Below are positions 1 to 8,866 of a DNA stretch of 64,000 nt, piece after piece. The translations under genes were made by a program, and so were the position numbers. Origin of the DNA: Polyangiales bacterium (GTDB lineage Bacteria; Myxococcota_A; Polyangia; Polyangiales; Polyangiaceae); NCBI GenBank assembly GCA_038231275.1, contig JBBRLQ010000024.1:59244-123243 (forward strand), given 5' to 3'. The stretch's first letter is position 1; every line of letters begins with the position of its first letter. A model generated the notes under the pieces. That model saw nothing but the letters and a program-made list of their open reading frames with translations. It was not told the DNA's origin and did not search any database.

Positions 1-1
1 C

Positions 2-244
2 GTCGTGCGCGCGGAGGCGCCGGCGCCGAGCCTCGACGAGCTCGAAGCGCAGAACCTGGCGCTCGCGCGGACGTTCGCGTGGGACGAGACACCCGTGAAG
101 GATCACTGGTCGTGGTCGGGCGTCGCCGAGAACGCGTACCGCGCGCCGTGGCTCGCGCTGGCGCAGGGATTCAAGGCGGCGGGCCGACCCGAAGACGCCA
201 AGCGGAACGCGGTGCGCGCGTCGCGGGGATCACTAGGGCCCTGA
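2..244 (+). CDS. 3' end of a gene running in from the left edge; product unknown
   Basis: Open frame from the window edge to TGA at 242-244, plausible composition, convergent with the next gene. Confidence 0.4.
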   Translation, partial: VVRAEAPAPSLDELEAQNLALARTFAWDETPVKDHWSWSGVAENAYRAPWLALAQGFKAAGRPEDAKRNAVRASRGSLGP

Positions 245-249
245 GCGAC

Positions 250-1467
250 TCACTTTTCGCGGATGAGGACGTGCAGATCCGCGAGGTTCAGGCCGGTCGG
301 TCCCCCGGGCAGGGCGGACTTCGCTTCCAGGTGCAGCGCCGCCGTGTCGAAGCGGCGGACCGCCTCGTCGCACTTGGCTTCGTCGATCGCTGTGCAGAAC
401 TCCGCGTCGACGACCGCGCCGGCGGTGCTGCTCCCGCCGTCGACGCCGTCCGACGCGCCACACAAGAACGAGACGCCCGCCGGCAGCGTGTGCGCGAGGA
501 CGGCCGCGAGGTGGCACGCGCGACCGCCACGGCCGGGCTTGATGCCCCCCATCGCCACGAGCGGCTCGGCGGCGCGTACCACCGCTTCGCCGCGATCGAG
601 CTTGTGCGCGATGGCTCGGTACTCCGACGCCATGCGCTGCACCTCGAGGCTCTGCGGCGGGAGCGTGCGGACGCCGTACCCGTGCTTCATGAGGAGCTCG
701 GCGGCGATGCGCGCGAGATCGTCGGGAGCGAGGATGGTGCGCACCTTTTGAAGCGAAGCCTCGGGATCGCCGGGCTTCAGCGTCTCCTTCATCGGAATGC
801 CCCGGAACCTGCGCGCGTGATGCAGCAGGATCGCGCGCGCCTCGGAGGCGGTCGTCGGATCGGGGACGGTGGGGCCGGAGCCGACGTCGTGCGGCGCGCC
901 GCCGATGACGTCGCTCACGAGGTACGCGAGCGTGTGCGTCGGCGCCGCGGCGCGTGTGAGGCCGCCGCCCTTCAGCTTGGAGATGTGCCGACGAACCGTG
1001 TTGAGCTCCTGGATCGTCGCGCCCGAGCCCATCATCGCCGTGATGATGTCGCGCTTTTCCTCGAGCGTGATCCCGTCGATGGGCACCGCGACGAGGGAGG
1101 ACGTGCCGCCAGAAATGAGCGCGAGCACGAGACCCGGCGCCTCGCGGGCGACGTCGATGGCGCGGACCGCCGCGGCGACGCTGCGCATGTCGGGGAGAGG
1201 ATGGGGCGCGCGCAGGAGCTCGACGCGCGGATCCGACAGGCCGCACGGGACGCCGTCGGCGGTGACGACCAGCACTTTGTCGATGTACGGGCTCCATCGC
1301 TCGAGCGCGCCCGCCGCCATCGCCGGCGCGGCCTTGCCGAGCGCGATGATCGACGCCGACAGCGCGCGCGGCGGTCGCGCCGGCAAGACGTCGTGCACGC
1401 GCGTGGCCACGTCCGTCGACGTGACGGTGGCCTGGAAGATCTGGAACAGCAGATCGCGCAAGCTCAT
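250..1467 (-). CDS. Glycerate kinase type-2 family (DUF4147/MOFRL) protein
   Basis: Motifs ALGKAAPAMA, HPLPD, LISGGTSSL, ELNTVRRHISKLKGG, SDVIG..GSGPT, GRGGR, SDGVDG, GPTGLNLAD; ATG at 1467 overlaps the upstream gene's stop. Confidence 0.85.
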   Translation of the reverse strand: MSLRDLLFQIFQATVTSTDVATRVHDVLPARPPRALSASIIALGKAAPAMAAGALERWSPYIDKVLVVTADGVPCGLSDPRVELLRAPHPLPDMRSVAAAVRAIDVAREAPGLVLALISGGTSSLVAVPIDGITLEEKRDIITAMMGSGATIQELNTVRRHISKLKGGGLTRAAAPTHTLAYLVSDVIGGAPHDVGSGPTVPDPTTASEARAILLHHARRFRGIPMKETLKPGDPEASLQKVRTILAPDDLARIAAELLMKHGYGVRTLPPQSLEVQRMASEYRAIAHKLDRGEAVVRAAEPLVAMGGIKPGRGGRACHLAAVLAHTLPAGVSFLCGASDGVDGGSSTAGAVVDAEFCTAIDEAKCDEAVRRFDTAALHLEAKSALPGGPTGLNLADLHVLIREK

Positions 1468-2096
1468 TTCGGACCGCGGTCGTCGAAGTCCACGGCGTGC
1501 GTGCCGAAGAACTGGTGCCACGCAAGCGTCACCGAGAGGTACGCCGCGCGATCGGACGGACCGCGAACCGTCCCCTCCCCGAGCGCCGCGTCGCTCCACC
1601 GAACGCCGCCGTGGAGGCCGATCCACGGACCGCTCGCGCGCGCGAAGACAGGGAGCTCGAGGCCGACGCCGAGCTGGAGACCCGGCTTGTCGCCGAGCGA
1701 GCCGCCGATGGGTTGCGCGAAGAAGGTGCCGAGCTCGAGGCCGAACGAGTCGATTGCGAGGTCCACGCGCGGCGAGCCGAATTCGCGATCTTGGAGCCAA
1801 CGCGCGAGGAAGAGCGGACGCAGCTCGAGGCCGAACGAGACGACGCGCTTCGGTTCTGCGCCCGACGACAGCACGGCGGCGTCCTCGTAGGCCGCGTAGA
1901 CGCCGACGCTGTCGAGGTACCGCACCCTCAGGTCCAGCGTACCGCGCGCGCCGCCGGGGCCGACCGTCGCGCCGAGGCCGCCCACGACCGAGACGTCGCC
2001 GTCGATGCGTCCGTACGTCGCGTCGGGCTTCTCGAGGCGCGGCGGCGCGGCGGGCGGCGCGACGGTCGCGACCTGCGCGAAAACGAGCGCGAGCAT
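1464..2096 (-). CDS. Hypothetical protein, probably exported with beta-barrel-like strands
   Basis: Hydrophobic N-terminus MLALVFAQV, amphipathic beta-strand pattern, coupled to both neighbours by overlapping start/stop codons. Confidence 0.6.
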   Translation of the reverse strand: MLALVFAQVATVAPPAAPPRLEKPDATYGRIDGDVSVVGGLGATVGPGGARGTLDLRVRYLDSVGVYAAYEDAAVLSSGAEPKRVVSFGLELRPLFLARWLQDREFGSPRVDLAIDSFGLELGTFFAQPIGGSLGDKPGLQLGVGLELPVFARASGPWIGLHGGVRWSDAALGEGTVRGPSDRAAYLSVTLAWHQFFGTHAVDFDDRGPK

Positions 2097-3418
2097 CACG
2101 GCCCCTGCCCGCCAAGCGCGAGGGTGATCTCGTCGCGCAGCTCGGGGGCGACGATGAGCCTCACGCGCGAGAGGACCTGGCCCGCGAGGCGCGCGAGGAT
2201 GAACGAGACGTCGCTCAGCGGACGCGCCGGCCCCTTCTGGAAGACCACCATGAGCGGCTCCGGCTCCGCGCCGAACGGCGTGTCGGTGGAGACGTCGAGG
2301 CCGACGTACATGTCCGGATCGAGCCCGCGTTTTTGAGCGACGTCGCGCGCCACGGCGAGCGCTTCGTCGCGCCCGGGACGAATCGCTTGCTCGCCGAAGA
2401 GCTCGTACGTCTTGAAGAGGACGCGCGCGCGAATTCGGCGCGACATGTCCGCGAGCGGCGCGTCGCGAGCCCCCTCCCACGCATGAATGGCCGTAAAAAT
2501 GGCCGCGTCGTCGAGCTCGAGGTAGTCGCCGAGCGCGAGCGGCTGACCATGCGCCCCTTGCTCGATCGCGCGCGGAAGCATCGGGAGGCGATCTCCGGCG
2601 GCGACGCACTGGGTCGCGCGCGCGAGGACGGTGCGGATCATCCACTCGGCGGCGCGCGTCGCCTTGTGCAAGTACACCTGCTGGAACATGAAGAGGCGCG
2701 ACAAGATGAACGCCTCGATGGCCGGCAGCCCCTTCGCCCCATCGATCGCGAGGCCCGGCGCGCGACCCTCTTTCGCCGGCGCGAAGCGAAGGCTGCGAAA
2801 GAGCCACGGCAGATCGTAGTCGCCATAGCGGACGCCGGTGGCATGCGCGTCGCGGAGGAGGTAGTCGCAGCGGTCGACGTCGAGGGTGCCGCTCACCGCC
2901 TTCGCGAGGTACGGGAGCGCCTCGCCGCCTGCCAGGGCTGCCGTGCTCTTGCCCGACGCGAGCGCCGCGACCCGCGCCGGCATGAGGGGGTCGAGCGACG
3001 CGAGGATCTTGTGAACGCCGGTGCCTGGATCCAAGATGATGCGCTCGGTCCACTCCTCGTGGTGCGGCGTGCCCGGGATCGCGTCCTCGAAGAGGTGCGA
3101 GAGCGGTCCGTGCCCGACGTCGTGGAGGAACGCGGCGGCGAGCGCGTCGCGCGCGCGATCGGTCGTGACCTGCTGCCAGAACGGGAGCTCGCCGTGGATC
3201 TGCCGCAGGCGCAGGAGGAGCATCTTCATCACGTGCGCGGTGCCGACCGCGTGGGCGAAGCGCGTGTGCTCGGCGCCCGGGAAGGCGTAGTTGGTGACGC
3301 CGAGCTGCCGGATGCGGCGCAGGCGCTGGACCTCCGGCGTGTCCATGAGCTGCTCGACGACCTGCTCCTCCTCGGACTCGAACGAGACGAGGCCGTGCAC
3401 CGGGTCGCGGAGGATCAT
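2096..3418 (-). CDS. HD-domain phosphohydrolase (SAMHD1/YdhJ-like dNTP triphosphohydrolase family)
   Basis: RDPVHG, QRLRRIRQLG, HTRFAHAVG, LHDVGHGPLSH, LDVDRCDYLLRD, VYLHK motifs. Confidence 0.9.
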   Translation of the reverse strand: MILRDPVHGLVSFESEEEQVVEQLMDTPEVQRLRRIRQLGVTNYAFPGAEHTRFAHAVGTAHVMKMLLLRLRQIHGELPFWQQVTTDRARDALAAAFLHDVGHGPLSHLFEDAIPGTPHHEEWTERIILDPGTGVHKILASLDPLMPARVAALASGKSTAALAGGEALPYLAKAVSGTLDVDRCDYLLRDAHATGVRYGDYDLPWLFRSLRFAPAKEGRAPGLAIDGAKGLPAIEAFILSRLFMFQQVYLHKATRAAEWMIRTVLARATQCVAAGDRLPMLPRAIEQGAHGQPLALGDYLELDDAAIFTAIHAWEGARDAPLADMSRRIRARVLFKTYELFGEQAIRPGRDEALAVARDVAQKRGLDPDMYVGLDVSTDTPFGAEPEPLMVVFQKGPARPLSDVSFILARLAGQVLSRVRLIVAPELRDEITLALGGQGP

Positions 3419-3498
3419 CGGAGACGCGAGACTATCAGATCGACCTCACCGCTGCCCTCGCGTGCGCGACAGCGGTGAGGACGGTCCCGATCTACGAG

Positions 3499-3882
3499 CT
3501 AGAGCTTCTCCTTCAAGTAGCTCGTGATGTAGGGCGTCGCAGCGGCTGCAGCGGTCGAGGCCATCGCCGGATCGAGCCCCGCCTTCGAGACGAGCGCGCT
3601 GGTCACTGCACCGACGAGGGCGCCGGTTGCGCCATCCTCCAGCGCTCCCTTGAGCCCGTCGCCCTTGGCGATGCCAGTCGCGAACGCGGTGAGGAAGTTG
3701 CCGATGCCTTGCTGCGCGACGGCACCGCCGCCGTCTTTGAGGTGGTTGGCGACGGCGTCGGTCGCGTGTCCGAGCGCGCCCTGCGCATCCGCCGGCGGGA
3801 TGCCGGCCCCGGTGAGCGCGTCGAGCGCCTGCTTGCCGTGGGCGGACGACATGAAATCCTTCATCAGCTCTTGAACGTCCAT
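3499..3882 (-). CDS. Small Ala/Gly-rich hypothetical protein
   Basis: GAAGGAG Shine-Dalgarno before ATG (MDVQELMKDF...), typical codon usage. Confidence 0.6.
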   Translation of the reverse strand: MDVQELMKDFMSSAHGKQALDALTGAGIPPADAQGALGHATDAVANHLKDGGGAVAQQGIGNFLTAFATGIAKGDGLKGALEDGATGALVGAVTSALVSKAGLDPAMASTAAAAATPYITSYLKEKL

Positions 3883-3956
3883 CGGCGGGTGCTCCTTCTC
3901 TTTTCGCTTCGTTACGAGGGCGCGGTGTTCGTAGCACGGCCATGTGCGCGGATCGC

Positions 3957-5342
3957 TCACTGGATGAGCAGACTTCCCATCGCGCCGTCGTCGGAGAAGA
4001 CGCGTACTCCCATCGGGCCGCTCTTCGCCGAGCGCGTGACCGTCGCGTCGCGCTCGGCGCGGACGGCGCGCGCTCCGGGTGCCCGCTCGGAGTGCCACGT
4101 GGTCGCGAACGGGCCTTTGCCATCCCACGCCGCCGCGACCGACCACGCGAGCGGCTCGGTCGGCTCGACCAGCGTGATGCGGGCGCTTCGCTTGTCGCGC
4201 TTGTCGCGATGGTCGCGATCGACCTCGACGCGCGGCGGCGGCGCGACGGGCCAGGCAGCAGAGCGCGTGTGCTCGACGGAGACACCCGCGCCCGCGCGAA
4301 GGAGACGCGCGCGCGCGGTCGCAATCGCCGCAGGATTCACGTCGCCGCAGATCGCGCGACGCCCGGTGGCAAAGGCCGCCTCGGCAGTCGTCCCGCTACC
4401 CGAAAACAAATCCACGACGAGCCCGCCCTCCGGGCTCGCGCAGCGCAGGATTCTATCCAGCAGCGCGCGCGGCTTCTGCGTCGGGTAGCCGGTGCGCTCG
4501 CCGGGCTTCGCGTGACGGAGCGGTGGCACGTCGGTCCACAAGGCGTCGACCCGTCGCTCGCGGCAGAGGACACCCTCGTCGTTCTTCACGAGGAAGTATT
4601 TGATGTAGACCTTGCCGCTCGCCGTACGGTGGACGCGTCCGATCTCGTCGAGCTTGGCGATGGACGCGTCGGTGTAGTCGCCGCGCGGCGCGCTCGTGAA
4701 GGGGCGCCCTTGGTCGTCTCGCCGAATGGCGCCGGGCTCGATCGGCTCGAGGCGCGTCGGCGGCGTGAGCGTCGCGTCGGGGCCGCCGTAGACGACGATC
4801 GTGTCGAGTGTGCGACCGAACTGCGCGCTGGTGGCCTGCCGCCCGAGGTTCGGCGCGCGGCGCCACACGATCTCGTTGATGAACGCGTCGCGGCCCATGA
4901 TCTCGTCGAGGAGCGCCCGCACGAGGTACGACGCGCGCCAGTCGACGTGGATCCAGATCGAGCCCGTCTTCGCGAGGAGGCGCACGCCCGCTTCGATGCG
5001 CGGCGCGAGCATGTCGAGGTAGTCAGCGATCTCGCTCCAGCTGTCGCTGTAGGCCTTGGTCCGGCGCACGCGCCCGTCGGCGGGTCCGTCGAGACGCGCC
5101 TCGAGCACGTAGTCCGCTTGCGAGGCGTAGGGAGGATCGATGTAGACGAGATCGACTTTACCGCCGAGGCCGCGCGCGTGCACGGCGCCAGCGAGCTCGA
5201 GGGCGTCGCCCAGCACCAGCGTCTGCGCTCCGTCTCCTACCTGCTCGAGCGCCGAGGTCCGCTCCCCGGCGAAGAGCGGGAGGCCCGGTTCCCAGACGCG
5301 CCGTGGCCAGGTCAGTCGCAGCTCTCGTTTGACCGGCTTCAC
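3957..5342 (-). CDS. Orphan N6-adenine/N4-cytosine DNA methyltransferase (beta-class motif order)
   Basis: VDLVYIDPPY (motif IV) precedes YPTQKP and VVDLFSGSGTT (motif I); start uncertain, GTG at 5342 chosen. Confidence 0.85.
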   Translation of the reverse strand: MKPVKRELRLTWPRRVWEPGLPLFAGERTSALEQVGDGAQTLVLGDALELAGAVHARGLGGKVDLVYIDPPYASQADYVLEARLDGPADGRVRRTKAYSDSWSEIADYLDMLAPRIEAGVRLLAKTGSIWIHVDWRASYLVRALLDEIMGRDAFINEIVWRRAPNLGRQATSAQFGRTLDTIVVYGGPDATLTPPTRLEPIEPGAIRRDDQGRPFTSAPRGDYTDASIAKLDEIGRVHRTASGKVYIKYFLVKNDEGVLCRERRVDALWTDVPPLRHAKPGERTGYPTQKPRALLDRILRCASPEGGLVVDLFSGSGTTAEAAFATGRRAICGDVNPAAIATARARLLRAGAGVSVEHTRSAAWPVAPPPRVEVDRDHRDKRDKRSARITLVEPTEPLAWSVAAAWDGKGPFATTWHSERAPGARAVRAERDATVTRSAKSGPMGVRVFSDDGAMGSLLIQ

Positions 5343-5343
5343 G

Positions 5344-5379
5344 CATTCACCACATTCACCACATTCACCACATTCACCA
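5344..5379. repeat. (CATTCACCA)x4 perfect 9-bp tandem repeat
   Basis: Read directly from the sequence; abuts the methyltransferase start. Confidence 0.95.
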
Positions 5380-5535
5380 GGAGCGAAGAGCTTAGGCCAA
5401 ATCACGCAGGGGTGCGGCGTGCGCAAAATGTCACACAGTCGTATGTCGTAATGGACCCGCCTTTGCGGTAGGCTCCTAAAGTTTCCCTGCCCTGAGGATG
5501 AAATCCTGAGCGCCCCGCGATCCACCGCCCCCCGC

Positions 5536-7599
5536 TTGATCGACATCCTGCGGGCGCTGCCCACGGGGGAGCTAGACTCGCTCGTCTCGCGGCTGGGCAT
5601 CCGCATCGACGCGGCGAAGCGCCTCGATCCGCCGTCGCAGGTGGCGCGTGTGCTCGTCGGCCTGCCCGACCTGCGCGATCCCTCGCGCCTGCCACAAGCG
5701 AGCGTCGAGCTTCTCCATCGCGTCGCGGAGGCGCGAGGCTCGCTCATCGTGCCGTCGATTCCCACGGCCCTCGAGCCGCTGTCGGCGCGTGGCCTCATGT
5801 TCGCGCGCGGCGAGCGCGGCGCGGTGGAGCTCATTCTGCCGGCGGCGTTCTTGGTGCAGCTGCGATCGTGGGAGGGCGAGGATCCGCGCGGGATTCGCGC
5901 GCTGCTCGCGGGCGCGGCGTTCGAGACGGCGAGCGCCATCGCGGCGCACTACCTGGGTCGCCCTGCGACGCCACCCATCGCGTTGTCGCTGGAGCTCGCG
6001 TGGGAGGTGCTCGGCGATCCGGTGCGCCTCAAGGAAGAAGTCCACAAGCTCTCGGTGACCGAGCGACGCGTCCTCGAGAGCGTCGAGCGCGAGGGCGGAG
6101 AGGTCGACACCGAAGAGCTCCTCGAGCTTGAGAAGGAGCCGCTGCGCCTCCGGACCGCCACCGGCGCGACCCCTTCGCGGCGCGGCGTCGGATTCTCGCT
6201 CGAGCGACGCGGCGTGCTGGTGCCCGTGCACCCGAACCGCCACATCGTCCCGACCGAGGTCGCGCACATCATCAACGCCGACGGCCTCGCCGAGCGAGAG
6301 GCGCGACGCGAGCAGGTGAAGAGCTTCGTCGCGGAGGGCGATCATGCGCCGAGGCGCGCGCGCTTCACGCAAGATCCTTCGCCGATCGCGATGGGCCTCG
6401 CCCTCGTCGCGCGCGAGCCCGGCAACGAGGTGCGCGCCGGCATCGGCACCCCCAAGTCGCTCGTCCAGAAGCTCTCGACGCGTTTCGGACGCGATCCCGA
6501 ACATGTGTCTCTCATCGTGGCCCTGTCGCGCGCGGTCGGCCTCTGGGACGTGTCCGCGACTTCGCAGGCGGCGCCGCCGGGGTCGCTCGCCGTGCACGAG
6601 CTCACGCGACTCCTCTTCGGCGCGTGGCGTCGCGGCGGCGCGTGGGACGAGGCGCGCCCCGAGCCCGAGATGCTTCGCGTCGCGGTCGACGCGCGCGATC
6701 CGAGCCCCGTCGGCGTCGTTCGCGAGATGGTGCTCGAGTCGCTGAAGGATCTCGGTGAAGGACGCTGGGTGCCGTGGGCCTCGCTCTCCGGGTACCTGCG
6801 GACGGACCATCGCGTGCCCGGCCTGACGCGCCTCCTGCGACGGTGGGCGGAGCGCGTTGGCGTCGAGGTGACGGAGCCCATGGAGGTCGCGCGACGCATC
6901 GCGCAGGCGAGCCTGCCTGCGCTCGGCATCGTCGACCTCGGCGAGGACGACGCGGAAGAAGGCGGGACGAGCCCTCAGATCGCGCTTCGCCTCACGCCGC
7001 GCGGGCGTTCGCTCCTCTCCGAAAGGCCGCCGACGCTCGACGGGACGAAATCGAAGTTCCTCGACACGCACGTCCTGCGCATCGGGCCGAGCACGCGCGT
7101 CCATGCGCTCCTCGCGATCGCTCCGTTCATCGAGGTCGGCCGCGCGACCGACACGCTCGATCTCATCGTCGCGCCGCAGACGCTCGCGCGCGCGCTGTCC
7201 GCCGGTTTCGAGGCCGACGCGCTTCGCCAACGCATCGAAGCCGTCGCGCCGCTGCCCGAGACGCTCTCGCGCACGCTGGCGCAGGCGAGCGTGGTCGTCG
7301 GCCGCGGGACGTTCAGCGCAGGCGCAGGGTTCCTCTGGGTCGAGGACCACAACGTCCGCGAGCTGCTTCGCACGCGACGCCCGACCGCGGAGCTCTTCGT
7401 CGATCCGTCGCCGCCCGCGGGGCTCATCGTGCAGGCCGGCGTCGATCTGGATCGCCTCAGCCGCCGATGCCGCACCATCGGTGTGGAAGTGCTCGTGGAC
7501 GGTCAGGTGATCCGCGCCAAGACGCAGCCGCCGCCGCCCGTCCGCGCGACGCCGCTCGGCACGCGCGCCACGAAGGACGACAAGAAAGACGACCGCTGA
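5536..7599 (+). CDS. Helicase-associated (XPB/Ssl2 N-terminal, Helicase_C_3-like) domain protein without ATPase motifs
   Basis: Winged-helix-like segments, LRLTPRGR, and C-terminal 'TLARALSAGFEADALRQRIEAVAPLPETLSRTL' typical of the family; no Walker A or DExH motif. Confidence 0.6.
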   Translation: MIDILRALPTGELDSLVSRLGIRIDAAKRLDPPSQVARVLVGLPDLRDPSRLPQASVELLHRVAEARGSLIVPSIPTALEPLSARGLMFARGERGAVELILPAAFLVQLRSWEGEDPRGIRALLAGAAFETASAIAAHYLGRPATPPIALSLELAWEVLGDPVRLKEEVHKLSVTERRVLESVEREGGEVDTEELLELEKEPLRLRTATGATPSRRGVGFSLERRGVLVPVHPNRHIVPTEVAHIINADGLAEREARREQVKSFVAEGDHAPRRARFTQDPSPIAMGLALVAREPGNEVRAGIGTPKSLVQKLSTRFGRDPEHVSLIVALSRAVGLWDVSATSQAAPPGSLAVHELTRLLFGAWRRGGAWDEARPEPEMLRVAVDARDPSPVGVVREMVLESLKDLGEGRWVPWASLSGYLRTDHRVPGLTRLLRRWAERVGVEVTEPMEVARRIAQASLPALGIVDLGEDDAEEGGTSPQIALRLTPRGRSLLSERPPTLDGTKSKFLDTHVLRIGPSTRVHALLAIAPFIEVGRATDTLDLIVAPQTLARALSAGFEADALRQRIEAVAPLPETLSRTLAQASVVVGRGTFSAGAGFLWVEDHNVRELLRTRRPTAELFVDPSPPAGLIVQAGVDLDRLSRRCRTIGVEVLVDGQVIRAKTQPPPPVRATPLGTRATKDDKKDDR

Positions 7600-7609
7600 C
7601 CCCGACCCG

Positions 7610-8866
7610 CTACTTCGAAACGCGAACGATTGACCTGTCCGCCGTGAAGAAGAGCGCTGGACCGTCTGGCGCGAGCAGCGTGTCGACGGAGTAGATCAAC
7701 GGCTGAACGATCGTCACCGCGCCCTTACCGCACTTGGCGCGGCGAAAGAGCACGGAATTCGAGGCGAACGGGACGTCCTGCGCGAGCCAGTACACGTGGG
7801 TCGCGTCGACGGCGATCGACGTGACGATCGGCACCTCGGGTACCTCGGCGACGAGGATCGGCGCGTCGCCGTGCTGCGCGGACGCCGGCAGCCGGTAGAT
7901 GCGCCCCGTGAGTGAGTCTCCCCAGTAAACGTCCTCTCCGTCCGTCGCAATCGCGAGCGGTCGACCCGCGTCGTCCACGACGAGCCTCGGGCCTTGCTCG
8001 GCGGCCTTCACCTGCCCGCCGCCGGCCTCGGGAGCGTCGGGCGCCGTCACCCAGTAGAGGCTCGTGCGGGTGCGGACGAGCGTCCGCAGGACAAATGGCT
8101 CGGCGGCGAACGCCGTCACGCTGCCGTCGAAGGCGGAGCGCGCGACGCGGCTCCCATTGAGATCGGTATACGCGAGGTCCCCCGGCTCCAGGGCGATGTG
8201 GCCCGCGTGCACCGCGGTGAGCTCCTGCCAATCCCCGCCATCGCGGCGAACGCTCGCGACGGAGCCGCGCTCGCGGATCCAAAAGCGGTCGGGGCTGCTC
8301 ACCGCCTCCAAGAGCACTTGATCGCCGTTCGGATCGCTGCCGTCGGGGACGTCGTGAACCGCGACTACTTCGCCGCCGGCGCCTGCAGCCGCGCCGACCG
8401 GAGCTCGCTGGAGCGTGTATCCAGAGACCCAGTAGACGTACCCGTCCTCGACGAACACGGCCCGACTTTCCTGATCGGGCAAACCGGCGAGCGCCATCCG
8501 ATCGCAATAACCGCCGTTGCAGTGGCCGAAGGCGCACGCGTGATCGCAGCGCCCGCAGTGGTCGTCGCGCGAGAGCAGGTCGACGCCAGCCTCGGTACCA
8601 CAGTCGGCGTATTGCGAGACTCCCGCATCGGTGCCGGCGCTTGGAGGATCAGGCAGGCACAGGGGCCCTGTGTCGGCGGTGGCTGCCTCCGACGCGTCCG
8701 AGGGGAGCGTCGTCGCATCGGCAGCATCCGCCAAGCTGGCGTCTCCGGAGTCGGGACCGCCGTCCGGCGCCGTGTAGCCGACGTCGTCGAGCGAGAGAAT
8801 GCCCGCGCACGCGAGGGGCCCACCGAAGACGAGAAGGAGGACGGCGGCGGCGCGCGCTCGACTCAT
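7610..8866 (-). CDS. Lipoprotein with one Cys-rich (HCGRCDHAC) repeat and a beta-propeller-like C-terminus
   Basis: Lipobox PLAC; repeated 'IAxDxxxVYW' blades. Confidence 0.7.
   Translation of the reverse strand: MSRARAAAVLLLVFGGPLACAGILSLDDVGYTAPDGGPDSGDASLADAADATTLPSDASEAATADTGPLCLPDPPSAGTDAGVSQYADCGTEAGVDLLSRDDHCGRCDHACAFGHCNGGYCDRMALAGLPDQESRAVFVEDGYVYWVSGYTLQRAPVGAAAGAGGEVVAVHDVPDGSDPNGDQVLLEAVSSPDRFWIRERGSVASVRRDGGDWQELTAVHAGHIALEPGDLAYTDLNGSRVARSAFDGSVTAFAAEPFVLRTLVRTRTSLYWVTAPDAPEAGGGQVKAAEQGPRLVVDDAGRPLAIATDGEDVYWGDSLTGRIYRLPASAQHGDAPILVAEVPEVPIVTSIAVDATHVYWLAQDVPFASNSVLFRRAKCGKGAVTIVQPLIYSVDTLLAPDGPALFFTADRSIVRVSK

Noticed and set aside
2096..7599. HD dNTPase + methyltransferase + helicase-associated gene as an anti-phage defence island
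   Set aside because: Host-like codon usage, no nuclease or mobility genes, and the HD gene is coupled to a glycerate-kinase operon; insufficient support
7596..7609. Possible ninth hexamer array (GACCCCGACCCG) at a stop codon
   Set aside because: Only about two units, expected by chance at this GC content
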